From Hyphochytrium catenoides (taxonomy: Eukaryota; Protista; Hyphochytriomycota), in assembly GCA_900088475.1 (NCBI GenBank), contig FLMG01002184.1, positions 62,974 through 126,973 of the forward strand: a DNA stretch of 64,000 nt. Reading direction: 5' to 3'. Of the stretch, positions 61,201 through 64,000 are shown piece after piece. The translations under genes and the position numbers were made by a program. The notes below the pieces were generated by a model, which worked only from the letters and a program-made list of their open reading frames with translations, ran no database searches and was not told where the DNA came from. Each line of letters starts with the position of its first letter. Position 1 is the first letter of the stretch.

Positions 61201-64000
61201 TGGGAGCAAAGAGTCTCCCTTGCTGCCATCAGCTCTTGAAGCAATGATTTAGTTGATGATGGGTGGTTTGCAGGCTCTAAATCTGTCTCCGCGGTTGAAG
61301 CTTCTGACGTCTTGGCATTTTTTATCGTCAAGTCACATATCTCGTCCTCAGGGTTGGCCTTAAGCGAAAACGCCTTCGCTGGTAATGCCGATCCATTACC
61401 CTTTTCAAAATGCAGAGAACATTTGGCGAATGAGTTTGATGCTTCCATCTTACACTGCTCTATCTCACCTGATCTGCCACCTCATATGCGGCATGCGGCA
61501 GCGGCGTATGGGCCGCCTCTGGCTTCCGTGTAGCATCTGGTGACTTCTTTTGCTGAGGACCACACCCCTGGGGCAGCCCTGATACCATGAAATAGCTTAG
61601 ATAAATGCATGTGGTTTTGATCTTGCAGGTCGACTTACCGGTGTTAAGATCTGCCTCTCGACCTCTTACAGCTAGACTAGCTCTTATGTATCTTATATCC
61701 GCTCCACACATAGCTGCCGTGGAGCAGAGGTGGGAAACCTCACCCACGATGTGTGGAAAGTGCGGGATAAGTGTAACAGCTCTCTGGAGACAATTGGTAA
61801 ACGCTCTTTTCCACTCGGGGGACATATTCAGCAATCGAATAGCAGCAATCGACTCGGAGGCTAAGATGCCATCAGAAGCGACTCGCAAGCAGAAGCGTCC
61901 AGTAGTAAGTGAAGAGTCCGCCTCTGCTAACAGCGTTGTTGAACTCCGAATTGTCTGGGCCGCAGCTTCAAAAAAGGCACCGCATTCCTTGGAAGTCAGA
62001 GAATAGCCAATGATAAAGAAAAGAATAGAATAAATATCGGGGAAGACTTGGTCTATCTCCCCGGAATGGATATGAAGGATTTGTTCCACTGGTTGGCGTA
62101 CGCGCGCATTCCTCAAAGACATCGGAATGGCAGAGGAGATTAAGTTGACGCTAAGACGTGGGAAGAGCTTAGATGAAATACGCAAAGATAGAACAGCGGT
62201 TGATGTCGACACGGAAACGATTCCCTGGATGAGTTGACTGACGAGCCTTGCATCTTTTGCCATGAAGTCCAGAGCTTTAGTGTTTCTTTCAATGATTGAA
62301 AGAAGCATGTAAAGAGTCTAGCAGACCACAGTTAGCAGGTCATCACGGAATCTAAAGCTGTTGGATGAGGGCACTGACCTGCTCCTTGTGGAGACCTTTT
62401 GCAGTCATAACACCCCAATTTGCAAGTGTGGACGATGCAACAGGGGTCGGAATACAGTCTGAAGCGCAGAACTGGAAGAGCCCCATACAAGAATCGCTTA
62501 GCGCCTTCCCTTGCCAAGAGGCTGAATCCCATTGCTCAGCTTTCGGTGACAGCCATTCATGAGATCCATTATAGACCCTCGGCATCTCGGAGGGGCTCTT
62601 GTTGAACTCCTCAAGGGTAGCTTCTAATAGCGATTGAGCAGTGTTGGTCAAGTCGTCCTGACCTCTCATAGTACTCACAGCTGCGCCTACAACGTACTGC
62701 TTGCAACCCAGCAGCCGACAAAGGATCAGCCGGTAGAGGATCCAGACACCTGAGTGTGAACATGTTCAGCACATTGTGAGCTCCGGGTGAGACATTACTC
62801 CCATACCTGCTCGAACACGCAGCAGCTCTAACTGTGGGGCTGCAAGACGACCCATTTCTCGCTCTGAAGTGGGTATATTCAAAGCCTTGACATTCTGGCA
62901 GACTTGTGCCATGGATGCATTGAGGAGAGGCTCTCCGTGGTATATAGAGTTGCTTAAGGGAGTCGTAGAATTGTGATTTTCCCTCAAACCTGAACCTCGC
63001 AAGCCGATAACGACGTAACTTGTATAGAAGCCCGCAGCAACCTGGATCGCAACGCCATCATGAGACCCAAATCGTGTGCCAGGGATTTGCAATGGAAGCT
63101 CGGCAGCAGCGAGAGCACGACTTCCGGCACCCAGCTGACCCTTATTGTTTCTCCCGAAGGCAAACACCATTCCATCGTCTGTGAGCAGTAGGGTATGGTA
63201 GCACCCGCATGAGACTTGTTTGGCCCTGGTACTTCCTCCGAGAAGTACCTGCTGTGGGGTATTTGCATGCTGTTTGCTGCCGATCCCTAGTTGACCATAG
63301 TCGTTCCTGCCAAATGCAAATACCTTACCTCTGCCTGTCACAAGCACGGTGTGATAGTACCCACAGGAGACATCGACGACACTATCCTCCACCAAATCGA
63401 AGCCCAGATTGACAGGGGTAGGGTTCTTGACATTCTTATTGTGACCCAGGCCAAGCTGACCGTAATCATTTTTGCCAAAAGCAAACATCTCTCCATCCTC
63501 CGAGACCACAACGCTATGATATAGTCCGCAGGAGCCAGCGACAATCTTCTTCCCCTTCAGGGCACCAACAGCTTGAGGATAGGTCTGATTGGCACTATTG
63601 TCAAGCCCCAGCTGACCACATTCATTCATGCCAAAGGTATATACGTCCCCTGTATCTGAAATAACGAGGCTATGGTGGTAGCTGACTGCTCCTCGTACCA
63701 CTCTTACACCCCGCAAGGAGTCGATGAGCTTCGGTGTGTGGACTTTTGTGGCAGTTGTCCCATGCCCAAGTTGCCCTTTATCATTGTAACCCCAGGAAAA
63801 TACGGCACCATCTTCTGTTATAGCAAGCATATGCTCACATCCATTACCCGCAGCCACAAAAGTTACTAGCTTTCCTTCCAGGGCTTTAACCGGTCGCGCC
63901 ATTGTAATACGTTCCTCAAAGTTACCTTGGCCACATTGGCCACTTTTATTCAGCCCGGCGGTATAGAGCTCGCCGTCTTTGGTCAGTGCTGCAAGGGTTT
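52285..64000 (-). CDS. Giant HECT E3 ubiquitin ligase (RCC1 repeats, FHA, UBA-like, Vps62-like, SPRY domains, HECT); 5' part lies beyond the window
   Basis: RCC1 repeats (FGRNDYGQLG, SCGYYH); FHA (ILGR..ISSKHF..DTSKNGT); SPRY (GDTIGCGL, GDLVRMTLDL); HECT (GEYGDDFGGLFRE, FLRFVWGRSRLP, catalytic PVAHTCF). Confidence 0.93.

Noticed and set aside
1-64000. Alternative genetic code or stop-codon reassignment
   Set aside because: TAA (GCN2), TAG (dynein) and TGA (PDH) all end conserved proteins, and apparent internal stops checked fall in introns

Overview
Gene-dense eukaryotic nuclear DNA in the standard genetic code, with mostly 50-90 nt GT-AG introns and CTAAC/CTGAC branch points. An outer-arm dynein indicates a flagellated organism; a stramenopile is my inference, not certain. 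In order: 3' end of an unknown gene, an atypical protein kinase (-), pyruvate dehydrogenase E1-alpha (+), TRF4/PAPD5 poly(A) polymerase (+), TMEM104-type transporter (-), GCN2 (+), VMA21 (-), tRNA-Phe(GAA) (-), a large low-complexity protein (-), TRM5 (+), NSE2/MMS21 (-), a 4-exon zinc-finger gene fragmented in the ORF track (-), cornichon (-), gamma-type dynein heavy chain (+), a decayed Ty1/copia remnant, a CSC1/OSCA channel (+) and a giant RCC1-FHA-SPRY-HECT E3 ligase (-, 5' end outside the window). Highlights: a well-supported U12-type (minor spliceosome) intron in TRF4; a kinase with WNK-like lysine relocation behind a G2/M-style MYB/CHR/CCAAT promoter; recurrent GTAC-palindrome arrays in intergenic DNA; a neighbourhood of tRNA-surveillance and amino-acid-sensing genes; and CpA->TpA-type lesions in the copia relic. 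All splice models were derived by eye and need RNA-seq confirmation. No prokaryote-type system (CRISPR, operon) is present.
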